NCBI GenBank assembly: GCA_008632985.1
Contig: QPGO01000005.1
Location: forward strand, 641,607-705,606
Direction of reading: 5' to 3'
Source of the DNA: Psammoneis japonica
Lineage: Eukaryota
DNA: 64,000 nucleotides
Both the position numbers and the translations under genes were made by a program. Under the pieces are notes generated by a model. The model was given only the letters and a program-made list of their open reading frames with translations, had not been told where the DNA came from and searched no databases. Shown piece after piece: positions 11,716 through 23,779 of this stretch. The first letter of the stretch is position 1. Each line of letters starts with the position of its first letter.

Positions 11716-12920
11716 ATGCCATTTCGAGAAAACATGGGTGCTTCTAAACATGGCGAGGATTTTGCAAAAGAGCAGGAACCGTCGATCACCGTAGCGGGAA
11801 GAGAAATAGCTGAGGATGGAGGCCATCGGAAACCCACTAATGAGTATGTGCTCAACGTAGCCTTCGTCTCGTTCCTCGGTTTCACAGTCGTTCAAACAAT
11901 CTTTGCGCTGAGAGCAAAGAGTGAGGTGAGTGAGCAATTTCATCCAGCGTTTCGTTGCCTTTTACTCGTGTATATTGCTCACTCGTTGTTTTCTCCACGT
12001 TTTTCTCAAAGGCAATGCTAGCGGACTCGGAGGCGATGTTTGTTGATGCGCTTACCTATCTCTTTAATCTTTGGGCAGAAAGACTCAAAAATAGACCTTA
12101 CACTGCTGAAGAAGTAGCATTATCTCACAATGAGCGTCACCGACGGCGGAAGTTAAAAAGACTGTACTTGGAACTTATTCCTCCATTTATCAGTGTCTCT
12201 ACCCTTGTTGTTGTAACAGTTCAAGCTCTACAAGAAGCATTTGGAACTTTGCTGGGTACAAGTAATGTTGATGACAACGCGTCTCCTGATTTGAACGTCA
12301 TGCTGTTCTTTTCAGGCTTGAATCTGCTTCTGGATATTGTCAATGTGACGTGCTTTGCCAAAGCAGATCAGGCTGTTGGGCTCCCAATAAACTATGAAGA
12401 CATGCAGCTGTTGCATCACGGAATAACACAAGCCGATAAATCTTCGATCAGACGCGAAGAAGGTATGAAAGTTTCAGCAAAGAACTCCGTTCCATCATAC
12501 CAGGCCATTGATGATACTTCAGACCGCGTCCAAGATGACGAGGGTACTTCACTGGTAACAGACACGTTCCAAGCATCCGGTGAACACGCCTCAGACAGTG
12601 ATAGTCTCAGTTCTGACGGTGACTTTATGGGCGTCGTCAATTTGAACATGAATATGTGCTCGGCCTGGACGCATGTTTGCGCCGATACTCTTCGAAGCAT
12701 TGCGGTATTGATAGCCGCAGCTGTTGCCGTCGTCGTTCAAGGGGTATCGGCGGCAGCTGCAGATGCTGTTGCGGCAATCATTGTCTCCTTTATCATTATT
12801 TCTAGCCTCACACCCCTGATTCAGGGGCTTTTCCTTACCGCCTTTGAAATCATAAAGATGGAAAGAGAAGACCGTTTGCACCGACCATCCTCCCATTTGG
12901 GATTGACAATATCTGTCTAA
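11716..12920 (+). CDS. cation diffusion facilitator (cation efflux) transporter, paralog 1
   Basis: Intron 11926-12011 (GT..AG). CDF TM2 motif AMLADSEAMFVDALTY and TM5 motif AWTHVCADTLRSIAV. About six hydrophobic segments. Confidence 0.85.
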
Positions 12921-13136
12921 AAAGCGCAACGGTGTTCGTTGTCTGGTTTTGGGTTTGAATTATAGGCGAGGATTTCAGTTGACGACGAGAGATGAGAAAG
13001 GTGGGGCGGAGCATTAAAAGGTAGCGATGCAATTTCAAGTACGAATAGACTACAGTATGGATAAGATGGCGACTACTAGAAGGTTCTTTCTGAAACTCGA
13101 AGACCGTTGTTTGAACCCGTACTTCTCTAGCGATAC

Positions 13137-15160
13137 TCACACGTTCACGTTCACAATGGGTTCGTACATCGCCCTTCGCCCACGATGGCGAAACCACGTT
13201 AGTAGCAAGAAAAGGGAAGTGATAGCGCCAACAAGAATCGTACCACTGACAACGTCATCATGGGAACTGTTCTCGGAAGTAAGAAGCGTCGGTAGGAACC
13301 TTTGCTTCTTCTGCTTCTTTGCGTAAAGCCACGGAAGGGTGTTGATTTCGTACAGCATGGAACCCAATGCCCATCCTACTTTGAGCCCCCCAATTACATC
13401 GAGAGCGGTAACATATTCCTTGTCTTCAAAGCCGTATCCATTTCGGAGAAGCTGGTAGATGTAGACTGCACGGAAGCAATAATCAAGTACATCATCGTCA
13501 GCAGAGAGCCTGCCGTCGTTGAACTTCATGAATTCCTTTTCATTCATGGAACAAATAGTTTTAGCTTGGTTCTTCAACTCGTCCATGTTAGCACGCGTCG
13601 GAAGCTCCAGAAAGTCCCAAATATGCACAAAATTTGAGAATGCTACAAACTCTCCAAAGTGCTCTGACTGGAATGGGAGGTCTGGTTGATAAATGCCCGC
13701 AAACGAGCAATCACCCCCGTGAGAAAAGTTACACCAATCGTTTTTCTCCAAATGCAAGAGCTCGTGAGTCACCGCCATGCATGCATCAAAGTCGCCGGTT
13801 GCCCCGTCGTTTTTAAGCAGCACCTTGTAGTACCCGTCGTCAGTGCTGTTGACAGCCCGGTGATCCAACGTTTCAATGCCATTGGAATTCAGAACAATGT
13901 TTGTACGGATTGTCTTGCTTGATCCGCCAGGAAGACAAGGATTGTGCACCCCGTCAATCGCACGTTCAGTGGAATTCTTTCCATTCGCAAGACGAGCTTC
14001 CAGTCGACGGGTAGCTTCCACTATCCCGTAGTACAGGAATGAATGGCAATAGACATTCCAATGCCTACCCGGACCAATTTGAAGCTTGAAAAGGTTGGCC
14101 ATGATATCGCCATCGGGTTCGTAGAAACTGATCTGAGTGCTGCACCACCCAAAAGAACAAGCGAAAAGTTAGCCCTGGCCGTGAAGCGTGTCTTCTGCAT
14201 TTTTTTTTACGATTCGTACCTTGCACCACCCAAATCAAGCGCCCCGTATGTAAGGCGAGGATTCAACACAGTTCCTGCTCCCTCACTGTCTCGAATCAAC
14301 GTTCCCATCAAAAAGTTGACGCCGGTCCAATCATAAATGGCTGATGAAGACAAACATAGTACCTGGTGAGAAACAATTTTCGTGGTGACACACTCGAAAT
14401 CGGCCAACACGCCCCTCTTACCCTCTTCTTCTCCAGAGATTACACGGGCACGTTCTTCCTCGAACCAAAAGGGACAATAGGTTTTGTTGTAGAACAACTG
14501 ACGAACCACATTCATGACGCGTGCACGATTAGTCGGGGTCAATATCCTCATTCCACCGGTAGCCTTGAGGAAGATTGGAAATGTGTTGAACTGATCCTTC
14601 TTGATTTCCAATACCTCCTTAGCAAAGTCCATAAGGGGAAGCATATAATGTGCAACGACCGGAAGCAACTGCTCGTCGGGTGTATCTGCAAAGGCTGAGA
14701 GACCAGGTTTCAAACGATCTGTCCAGCGGGAGTCTGAGGTTGGAAATGTCAGCAAACGGCCTGACAATGCGTCTTCCACAGCATGTTTCTCAGACAACGT
14801 TCGGCGATCAAACTCGTATACGTGGATACGAGTCCCTGTGCTTCCCGCATCGATCTGTCAGGATAGCGAAACGAATGAGCGAGCAAAAAAGTTAGTCCTG
14901 GTCGTGAAGCGCGTCTTCTGCATGTATTTTTTAACGATTCGTACCATCATTCCGTGAACTGTTTCTTCTCTGATCCCAGAGTCAAAATACTTGTGTTTAT
15001 GCTTCTTGTGCTTGCGGCGCCTGTGAAGCTTTCGCACCGCAATGGTGCTACCGTTCTTCTGGTCGACAACGTCGTCAGCCAAATCGTCTCCATCGCGACC
15101 ATTCGTTCGCTCGACAAAGAGACTCCACGAATCTTCTGCTTCAATTGGATGCTTCCTCAT
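13137..15160 (-). CDS. GDA1/CD39 family nucleoside phosphatase (apyrase/NTPDase) with C-terminal TM helix
   Basis: Apyrase conserved regions IDAGSTGTRI, ATGGMR, ISGEEE/AIYDWTGVN, GALDLGGA/STQ and GWALG, joined across three introns. The true start may lie in an upstream exon. Confidence 0.92.
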
Positions 15161-15310
15161 ATTACGTTCTAGCTTTGCTCCTTTGTTATGAAACTAAAGC
15201 AAGAATGCTGTACTAACATAACATCCGCAAAGTGAGTGTCGCTGATGTTTTCGTGTCAAAAAAGTGAGACGCAAGAAAAAGATCCACACGCACGCGAACT
15301 CGAGAAACGT

Positions 15311-15378
15311 TCGCGCGCCAAAATTTTGCGCACGGAACACCTGACGTCATCTTGAATCTTCCGAAAAATGGCGGGAAA
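15311..15378. promoter_or_regulatory. E2F-like sites flanking a CRE-like site in the apyrase/CDF divergent promoter
   Basis: Reverse-strand TTTTGGCGCGCG (15312-15323) and TTTCCCGCC (15370-15378) match E2F consensus TTTSSCGC. TGACGTCA lies between them. Confidence 0.4.
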
Positions 15379-15563
15379 CAATAATTTATGCCAACACCAA
15401 GCCAATACCAAGCCAACACCGGATGTTTCCGGCCGCTTCGAAGTGCATACAAGTGTAATGAGGACGGTCTGACACCCAGATCGGCACATCCTTTACATTT
15501 TGTTTCCTCTGTGGGGTCGAATGATCATAAAAAGCATCGGGATTCTATTGGAAAATAATCATA

Positions 15564-16747
15564 ATGTCGGCAGATGATTCGACAGAACGCGGCGAGAGAA
15601 AAGATTCCTCAGCTCGCAACGAATCTGTTCGAGATTCGTATTCAATCTTTACCTTTGACGAGGAGAATGAGCGCCCATCCAACGAATATGTTCTCAATGT
15701 GGCCTTCTTTTCCTTTCTAGGCTTTATGATTGTTCAATCCTTCTTTGCCTTGATTGCCAAAAGTCAATCGATGCTAGCTGATTCTTTGGCAATGGGTGTT
15801 GACGCCATGACTTATCTATTGAATATGCTAGCCGAACGAGTTAAGAATCGACCCTACAGCGAGAAGGAAAAGCAATTACCAAGCGCAGTGCGAAAGAGGA
15901 ACCGAAGTTTAATAAGATGCTACATGGAACTGACTGCGCCTCTGGTCAGTGTCGTCACGTTGATTCTCGTAACAATATCGGTAATACAAGAGGCGATGAC
16001 AACTCTTAACCATGATGAAATACGCGTTGAAAGTCCAAACAGTGATGACGAGCCAAGCGTTGGAATTATGCTATTCTTTTCGGGATTAAATTTGTTGTTG
16101 GATGTAGTGAATGTGACTTGCTTTGCACGAGCGCGCAGTTTGTCTGAGATACATCCAAAGGATTTTCTGTCCATAAGAGTAGGACAATCTAGTCGGGACA
16201 TCAAGATAAAGGCTTCCAGTACAGTACATGAGAGTTCATTGTTGCTAAGCGGCAACGGTGGGACTTCTTCAAGCTTGTCGCGCCAATCTAGCAACAACGT
16301 TGAAATGTCAAATATTGAGGAGGCTTCCTACCAGAAAGAAAGATCTAGAATAGTCGATGTGGACTCGGACTACGACGAAGAGGGTGAGATGAATGAGCCA
16401 ATCAATATGAACATGTGCTCTGCATTGACTGTACGTGAATACTTGTTTGCATGGACTAGTTATTCGATTTCCATGTCATTCGTAACCAACCACGCATTCT
16501 GTTCTGATTTTCTATCTCTCGTTATCACTTGTAGCATGTGTGTGCGGACACAATGCGTAGTATCGCAGTGTTGGTCGCAGCTGGGATTGCATACTTGTTC
16601 GAGGCAGTAGATCCAGGCGATGCCGACGCAGTTGCCGCTTTGCTTGTTTCCGTTATCATCCTTGTTAGTTTAGTTCCACTGCTACAGGGACTGTTCGCAA
16701 CGGCATCAGAAATTTTGACGCTGTGGAGAGAAAAACCTGCACTGTAA
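15564..16747 (+). CDS. cation diffusion facilitator transporter, paralog 2
   Basis: Shares NEYVLNVAF, MLADS.AM.VDA.TY, LFFSGLNLLLD.VNVTCFA and HVCADT.RSIAV with paralog 1. Intron 16431-16534. Confidence 0.85.
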
Positions 16748-16933
16748 CTTTGTTAAAGTCGAAATATGGAATGGGTTGGGTGTTGTAGCATAGGCGGAGT
16801 GAGGCTCTCAACAAAGCAACAAGGAACACTGGTGTTGAGACTTGAGAATGCCTCACAGTAGTATTCGATTCAGCTCAACAGCTCGCTCAAGCAGAAACTG
16901 ATACCTGATTGAATTGACCACGTCTTAAAAAAA

Positions 16934-17030
16934 CTCTAGGGCTACATAGCTACTCTAGCTAGCTACTAGCTAGGCTACATAGCTACTAGCTAGCTACAAG
17001 TAGCTACTAGCTACTAGCTAGTAGAGAGGG
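16934..17030. repeat. TAG/CTA-rich low-complexity intergenic island
   Basis: ctctagggctacatagctactctagctagctactagctagg... built from CTAG/CTAC/GTAG units. Confidence 0.8.
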
Positions 17031-17249
17031 ATGTCTACCTACTGCTCTGAATTTGGGGCACTTATTATCTTGTCACGTCGACGATGTGCGAAAAATTCAA
17101 TCAATGCATAGCGACAGCACAGCCGCCGCGCCCGGCCGAGGCGCCGACTCGTCCCGTCTGTCAATCACTCCGCGTCGGTGGCGGCAATGGCCGTTCTCAA
17201 TTCGGAGACAGCGGCATGCCTTTTTGCCACTTGCCACCCCATTTTTATT

Positions 17250-18780
17250 ATGAGCCAAGGATCTCATAAAGGTAAAATGGCACAAGGATCATATACGCCT
17301 CTTCGTTATTGTGTTGGAAGCAGACGGCTACTTCCGGTTGCATTCTGGTGCTTTGCAGCGCTCATCTCGCTAATGAGCAGCGTGAGTTCTGAGCCGTCAT
17401 CTTATGACGAACCGGCTGAGTTAGAGCACATACTTTCAGAGACCATTCCACCGCCAGCTTGTTCGATTGACTGCAAATGTCCCCATATTGAGCTTGATGG
17501 GTCAGAAAGAGAAGATTTGAAACATGCTGGAGCCAGGCTGTTGTATCTCATTACGATTCATAACAACAGAACAGCTGAAGATGCCGCGTACTTGTTTCGT
17601 GCAATTCGTTCTCCTCAGAACATTGTACTGGTCCACGTTGATAAAAAGTTTGACTGGAACGAATATCTTAACACGACGCTACACCTAGAAATGGAAGCGT
17701 GCCCCTGTGGCACAAAGGTCCATGTTGAGTCTGTCTATAGCGCAAAGTGGAGCTCCTGGAGCATGAATGACCCAACGTTCTGGGGAATGGAAACGGCGTT
17801 GACCTTGTTCCGCGGTGAATGGGACGTCTTTCTTAATTTGAGTGGAGACACTCTGCCTGTATACACAACACAAATTATGGCTGAGCTGTTCGATCAAGAC
17901 CACGGTCCCCTCAGAGGTGTTAACTTTGTAACATCGAGCGCCTGCGAGACCGGCCTCCTTCCCTCAAGCGTGTACATATTTCCACCTTTTTGGCACAAAC
18001 GCAGTCACTACACGACAAAACCAGATGGCGACCCAGTATTCAATATGTTGACGACGACGGGAAGGAGAAGGAGATGACACTTGAAATCCACTTTGGAAGC
18101 CAATGGATGGCGCTACAGCCAGATTTCGTCGACTACATCATTTCATCGCTGAAGAGACCAGATAGCCTTGCCAGTGGTTTCAAGTCCTATCTCATTGAGA
18201 CGAAACGTAAAATGGCGGACGAGACATTTATTCCAACTCTTTTAGTGCACGTTTATCCTTTCAATGAGACATTGCCCGACGTGGCGAAAGACGGCACATT
18301 CAAGTCGTACCCTTCCATGCGGTCCATCCGGTATGTGTGCTTCCCGAGCTTTTCCTTTGTTGTTGTCGCTCTTGAAAAGCAAATACTAATGCAGCGCACT
18401 ATTTTGTTGTTTGTCACACCAGATTTGAGCGAATGGACGAGCACGTACCAACGGCGTTTGGATACTTTCCGGTGAATCAAAGATACGACGTGCCAAAGTC
18501 GTCTGACGCGAGTAAACCAAGAGTGTGGGGTCCATATTTCTTGGGCGTCTATGATCTTGCGGCCATCAAACAAAGTGGCGCTCTCTTTGTTCGTAAAGTC
18601 AGCGTAGCTGTGGATCCAAACATTGTCTACATGTTACCAGTTTCAGATATCGACCAGTTGCCGTCCATACAATGGCCCGACGAGGTCGAAGTTATTGAGA
18701 AACCAAACTGGGAAAAACTAAAGAAGGAATTGATGGAAAAAGCCACGGAAAAGGAGCACCATGACAAATTGAAGAAATAG
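17250..18780 (+). CDS. GT14 (core-2/I-branching GlcNAc-transferase / xylosyltransferase family) glycosyltransferase
   Basis: LLYLITIH, LVHVDKK, WDVFLNLSGDTLP, FGSQWMAL, ADETFIPT and ALFVRKV motifs with an N-terminal anchor. Intron 18331-18422. Apparent 1-nt frameshift at ~18040. Confidence 0.85.
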
Positions 18781-18849
18781 ATGAGGGGTCAACTCATTCA
18801 AGCTCTTCAAAAGCTTGAATGGGAACCAGCTTTCTACTCCATTGATCTC

Positions 18850-21687
18850 TCATTCGTCAAACTCATACTCTTCGTCGGAACTACTGTCGAAGACACTTTC
18901 TTCGTTCTCACGGGAGGCAGGCTTCATATCATTGTGACTTTCTTGTTCCGTGTCCACGTCATCGTATGCATCCGTGACGACGTGGACAAAGGCCAACGTG
19001 TCGGCTTGTTGGTCGGCAACCGCCAGAAGTGCGTCGTCCTGACAGTTTTGTTTGGTAGCAAGTCCCTCGGCTCCGCTGTAGTCTGGCCACTGCTTGCCGA
19101 CTTTGCGTTTGGTGTCGCAGTCGCAGCCCTCTTTTAGCGTGAAGCAATCGCGAAGTTCTTCCTTGGTGAATCCTTTGGCAGGAGCAGACGCCTTTTGAGT
19201 GTTGCCACCGTCTACTGTAAGATTAGCAAGATTTCCCTTTTGACACTGACGTTGGTAAATCACCTCTTCGACTGTTCCAGAGAGAAAGAAACGATACACA
19301 AAGCACGGTTTTGTTTGCCCTTGTCTGTAGATTCTTGCCATGGCTTGCATATCGGTTGCTGGATTCCAATCAGCATCGATCATGACCAACCGATTGGCAC
19401 CAATCAAATTCAAACCGCAACCTCCAGCTTTTGAACTCAATAGGAATAGGAAGCTCTGTTCAGGTGTCGCGCGGTTGAACGAATCCACCAGGCTTTGACG
19501 ATCGGACTGGTCCGTCGACCCATCCAAACGTTGAAAGCTCCAGTTGTTGTTGGAAATGAGCGAGTCTTCAATAACGGAAAGGACTGAAGTAAAGTTGGAA
19601 ACAATCACCACCTTATCGGTAGGACAGCTTGTACGAATGCTTTTCAAGAGACTCTCGAGTACCACTAGTTTCCCTGAAAGGCTAGCGTGGTTTGTATTGC
19701 TACCCGACTGCTTATCCATAACGAGGGAAGGATGAGAGCAGAGTTTCCGCAAGTTGGTCAACACCGTCAAGGCTTCTGCCGATGCGCCGGTGACAGTAGT
19801 GTTGTAAGTCATGCTCTTGTAAAGGCTCGACTGCATTTGAGAAGGACGGCAAAAGAGAAGAAATTCACTCCTTGGTGGCAGCAGTGACTTGAGAATGTCT
19901 TTCTGAAGTCGTCGAAGCATAAAGGTCTTGGTAATTCGTTCGAGTTCTCGAGATTGCATCTGCCCCTTGTTTCGCTGCTCCCAAGTTGCATTCTTGTTGT
20001 TGGAAGCCGCAATGGGTCGTTCGTATACTGAGGTGGTTGTAACATGCGATAGCAGAAATATGAGAGGTTAGCGACGACTACTGATGTTGAAAGAGGTTGG
20101 TTCGGTTCAATTTCACTCACCTCGTCGAAATGACGGCAGATCCCCAAGGATTCCCGGACAAACAAAGTTGGCAACATTGTAAAACTCGGAGAGGTTGTTT
20201 TGAATGGGTGTTCCTGTGATGAGAAGCCTTGCGTCACAATCAAGCGCCTCCAAGGCGGATAGAGTGAGCGACCCGGACGTGTTTTTGAGTCGATGGCCCT
20301 CGTCGACAACCAAGAGCCCAATCTGCTTGGCGTGGGTCAGCAAAGACGAGTGCATTCTGAACAGATCGTAGGAAACAATCAATACTAATAAATAGAAAAG
20401 AAGGGTGAGAATATCATCATGGGCGAATTCATGTATAGAGTACAATCGTCTTACCTTCTGATTGGTGTGGTTTGACGGGGACAAAAGCCCGGAGAGCGGC
20501 AAGACCTACTTCTCCGCCCTTTCGAATAACCACACGCTTTGGTTGACTGGCACGTCCAAGCCATTTGTCAAACTCCTTTCCCCAATTCGATACTAAGGAC
20601 GAGGGACACACCACAATGAATCTCTGTTTACGATTGTAGAAAGGAAATGTTAGTCACATGGACGCATGCGCTTAGGCTGAACGCAAAGAGAAGATATTAT
20701 ACTCACATGATCTTTGCGTTTTCGATGCAAGGCGAAAATCGTGGATATCGTCATCAGCGTCTTGCCTAATCCCATTTCATCGGCAAGAATACATCCCTTT
20801 AGAGCACTTGGTGACGACGCTGTTGCTCCCGTGAGACAATTCCACAAGAATCCAATCCCCAGTCGTTGATGAGGACGCAAAATTGCACGCACCGAGGCTG
20901 GAACCACAACATTACCAATCGCTCCTCCAAGTTCGTCATTGGAAGATCTCTGGCTGTGCTCTGGCGTATTGCGCTTTATTGATGGTGTCACCTTGACGAG
21001 CTTTCTTTTTTTGGCGTGCTGCAAGAGAGGATTGATCTTGGGTTTACTCGTAGTAGCTACAGCCGGAGTGGATGATGGTTCTTCTCCGTCTGGGTGATTC
21101 TCCTTATCGGTGTTGCGTTGCGTAGGCTGACGTGGTGGAACTCGTCGGGCTTGCCACGATGGCATTGCTTTCAATGTTTTGTTATTGATATTGATGGGAA
21201 CCGTCTTGACTTTGGATACAGTTTGAACTGCTCCTCGTGATATGAGTGGTTGCTTTCTTTTCAGAGGCGGAATCGGCTTTGCATTTAGAGCTACCGGACG
21301 GGTCGTTTTCCGTTGAGATGACAAGACACTCACAATCTGACATTCGACTGTTGGTAAAACAACAACGTCGTCTGCACTCAATCCTGGACCGTCTGTTCCA
21401 AAGACTCCTTTCGAAATGCTCTTGTTGATGCCGCGCCAAACAACGTTGTTACTCGATTTTGACGCCTTTTTGCGGTTCCACTTTTTCTTGCCCTTGGCTT
21501 CCTCTTCGTCTTCATCACTTGATTCAGAGTCATTATTTTCATTTCGTAGCGTTACCATACCCGACGGTTCCACCGTGAGAATTCCATCCACAGTACTGAC
21601 ACCGCGTGACTTGTGTACCTTGTTTGTGCGTTTGTAGTACAACACCGAGTACGTCGCAGGCTCCACATCATCACTGTTGTTATTCAT
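18850..21687 (-). CDS. RAD54: RAD54/RAD54B-like SNF2 family DNA translocase
   Basis: GCILADEMGLGKT, VCPSSLVSNW, VDEGHRLKN, TGTPIQNNLSE, RLDGS and LLSSKAGGCGLNLIGANRLVMIDADWNPATDMQAMARIYRQGQ. Three introns between ~19990 and 20710. Confidence 0.92.
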
Positions 21688-21913
21688 TGTAACATGTATC
21701 GAAGAATTCTTTCTTTGGAAAGGAGGATCGTTGTTGTTGCAAGAGACAGTGTGCTCCTAACTTAGTTCCCAACAACGTTGAGTTGGTTTGCTGTCGGTGC
21801 TGATGTCTGATGTGCACCTGTTCAGCGTTTTTGAAGCGAAACCAGAAACAGAAAAATGCCAATGCGCGATCGATGCGAGAACGCGCGATTCAGATTTCAA
21901 TCGAATGATTCCA

Positions 21914-21923
21914 TTTTCGCGCG
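21914..21923 (+). promoter_or_regulatory. E2F-like site upstream of RAD54
   Basis: TTTTCGCGCG in the CpG-rich divergent promoter shared by RAD54 and bL20. Confidence 0.35.
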
Positions 21924-22062
21924 AGATTCCGTCTGGCCTTTGAACGGTTGATCGACGCGACACGCGACATGCGTCGCAACGCAATGGCGGTGCCCGTTCC
22001 CCCCTCCCCGCTGTTCCTTTTCTCTGTAAATTCCATCGCGCTTGTGTCCTTTCAGCTACAAC

Positions 22063-22607
22063 ATGTCTCTAAGAACAGCTGCGCAGTTTACGTTGAACAG
22101 ATGGGTATCAAGAGCACCAGCAACACTCCATAATCATCACAACTTGATTGCAACCCGAGGAATGGCTAGCAAAAAGGTATCTGCGGCTGGCGTACGGCGT
22201 TACATGTCTATGATTTACAAGTTTGTTGGACACATCAAACTCACGCGCTCGCCCTTCATGAATCTTTTTAGCACAAGGCATATTTGAAGCACGCCAAGGG
22301 ATATCGCGGTCGGTCCAAAAATTGCTTTTCGATTGCCATTCGTCGCGTACACAAGGCGTGGCAGTACGCCTATCGGGATCGCAAGATGCAGCGACGCAAT
22401 TGGAGAAAGCTGTGGATTACTCGGATTCAAGCAGGAGCAAGGCAGTACTCGTGGAGTTATTCCAGATTTGTGCCTGCCCTCAAACGGAATGATATACAGT
22501 TGAATCGAAAAGTATTGGCAGAACTTGCTGCCAACGAGCCGTTTGCCTTCAAGGCGATTGTGGATGTTGTGGATGCATCTGCCGGAGTCAAACAAGACAT
22601 GAAATAA
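22063..22607 (+). CDS. MRPL20: mitochondrial ribosomal protein bL20 (L20)
   Basis: Basic presequence, then [29 protein letters not shown] and [14 protein letters not shown]. Intron 22177-22271. Confidence 0.95.
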
Positions 22608-22726
22608 AATAACTTTAACCATAGATATCAATACTGTCTACAATCACAAAAAAGCCTTCTATCGCATCTGAGAAAAATTGGAACGGGGGAGATCCTTACC
22701 GCTTTTCCTGTACAGTGTTCTAAACT

Positions 22727-23660
22727 CTATCCAAAAAATCCCTTCTTCTTCTTGGGTTCTTTGAACGCCGCGGCTCGACCGTCTTCAAACATTTGCAGCG
22801 CTCCTTCATCCATAAACTCCAACATTTTCTCTTTGGGTGCTGGAGCTTCTTCTTTGTCGCTACCCTTGATGAGAATGATTTTGGAGGCCGTGTCGGGATC
22901 CAGAAACAGCTTGGCAGCCTTCCAAATCGACAAGGCAATGGACGGCATGGGGTAGAGCAGGAGCTTGTTCAAACACTCTGGATAGTGATTGTTCAAGAGA
23001 CTGGCGACGCGCTTGATGAACGGGAACAGACTGTAGGCAGATTCATTCGGCCATCCGACGCCGGCACGAACATCCAACAAGACGGTGTCCTTGTCCATGG
23101 TGTTTCGGTCAACCTTGTGATACAGATAGAATGCCATGGCGAGAGCATCTAGAGGGGAGAGGGAGAAGGTTTGGTGAATAGCAGAAAAGCAGATTATGAG
23201 TGAGTGAAAGGTCATCGGAAGTCAACGATGCGCGTTCCCAAGTCCCATCGAACTTACATGTCTCAGAGGGACATATCGTGCTGTCGATCTGTGCAGGCAT
23301 AACCATAATGGCACGTGTACCATCCGACACGGTGAGTTCCTTGCCATCTCGTTCGTACGTGCGCACGACACGAGGCAGATCGATGGACTCTTCACACTCA
23401 ATGCCTGTCGCTTTTTTCGCAGCAAAAGTCCAAATGGCGTTGTCATCTGACTTGTCCACAACGTCCTCGTCAACTTTGTGCAACTCACGCCACTCCATAA
23501 AACCCTTTAGTTGCTTTGTCGCACCTTCAAGCGAGCCGTCACGAGCCACCAAGAAACGACGGCATTCTTCAGGTGTAGCTTCAGGAAAGCTTTTGGCAAG
23601 CTCTTCTTCCCGCTCTTTCAACTCTACGGGTGACACTTCGTTCTCTTCGGTCTTTCCCAT
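22727..23660 (-). CDS. CRAL-TRIO (Sec14-like) lipid-binding protein
   Basis: RRFLVARDG...FMEWR N-terminal domain, HYPECLNKLLLYP and WKAAKLFLDPDTASKI. Intron 23149-23257. Confidence 0.88.
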
Positions 23661-23779
23661 GCTGATGTAGCGTTCAATAGATACTTCTTGTGTCGTTCCC
23701 AACGTATTGTAACTCGGTGCTGCCTGCGGTAAATGGCAAACACCGCAAAAAAAATGCGTCCCCGCAATAACCCGCGCAA

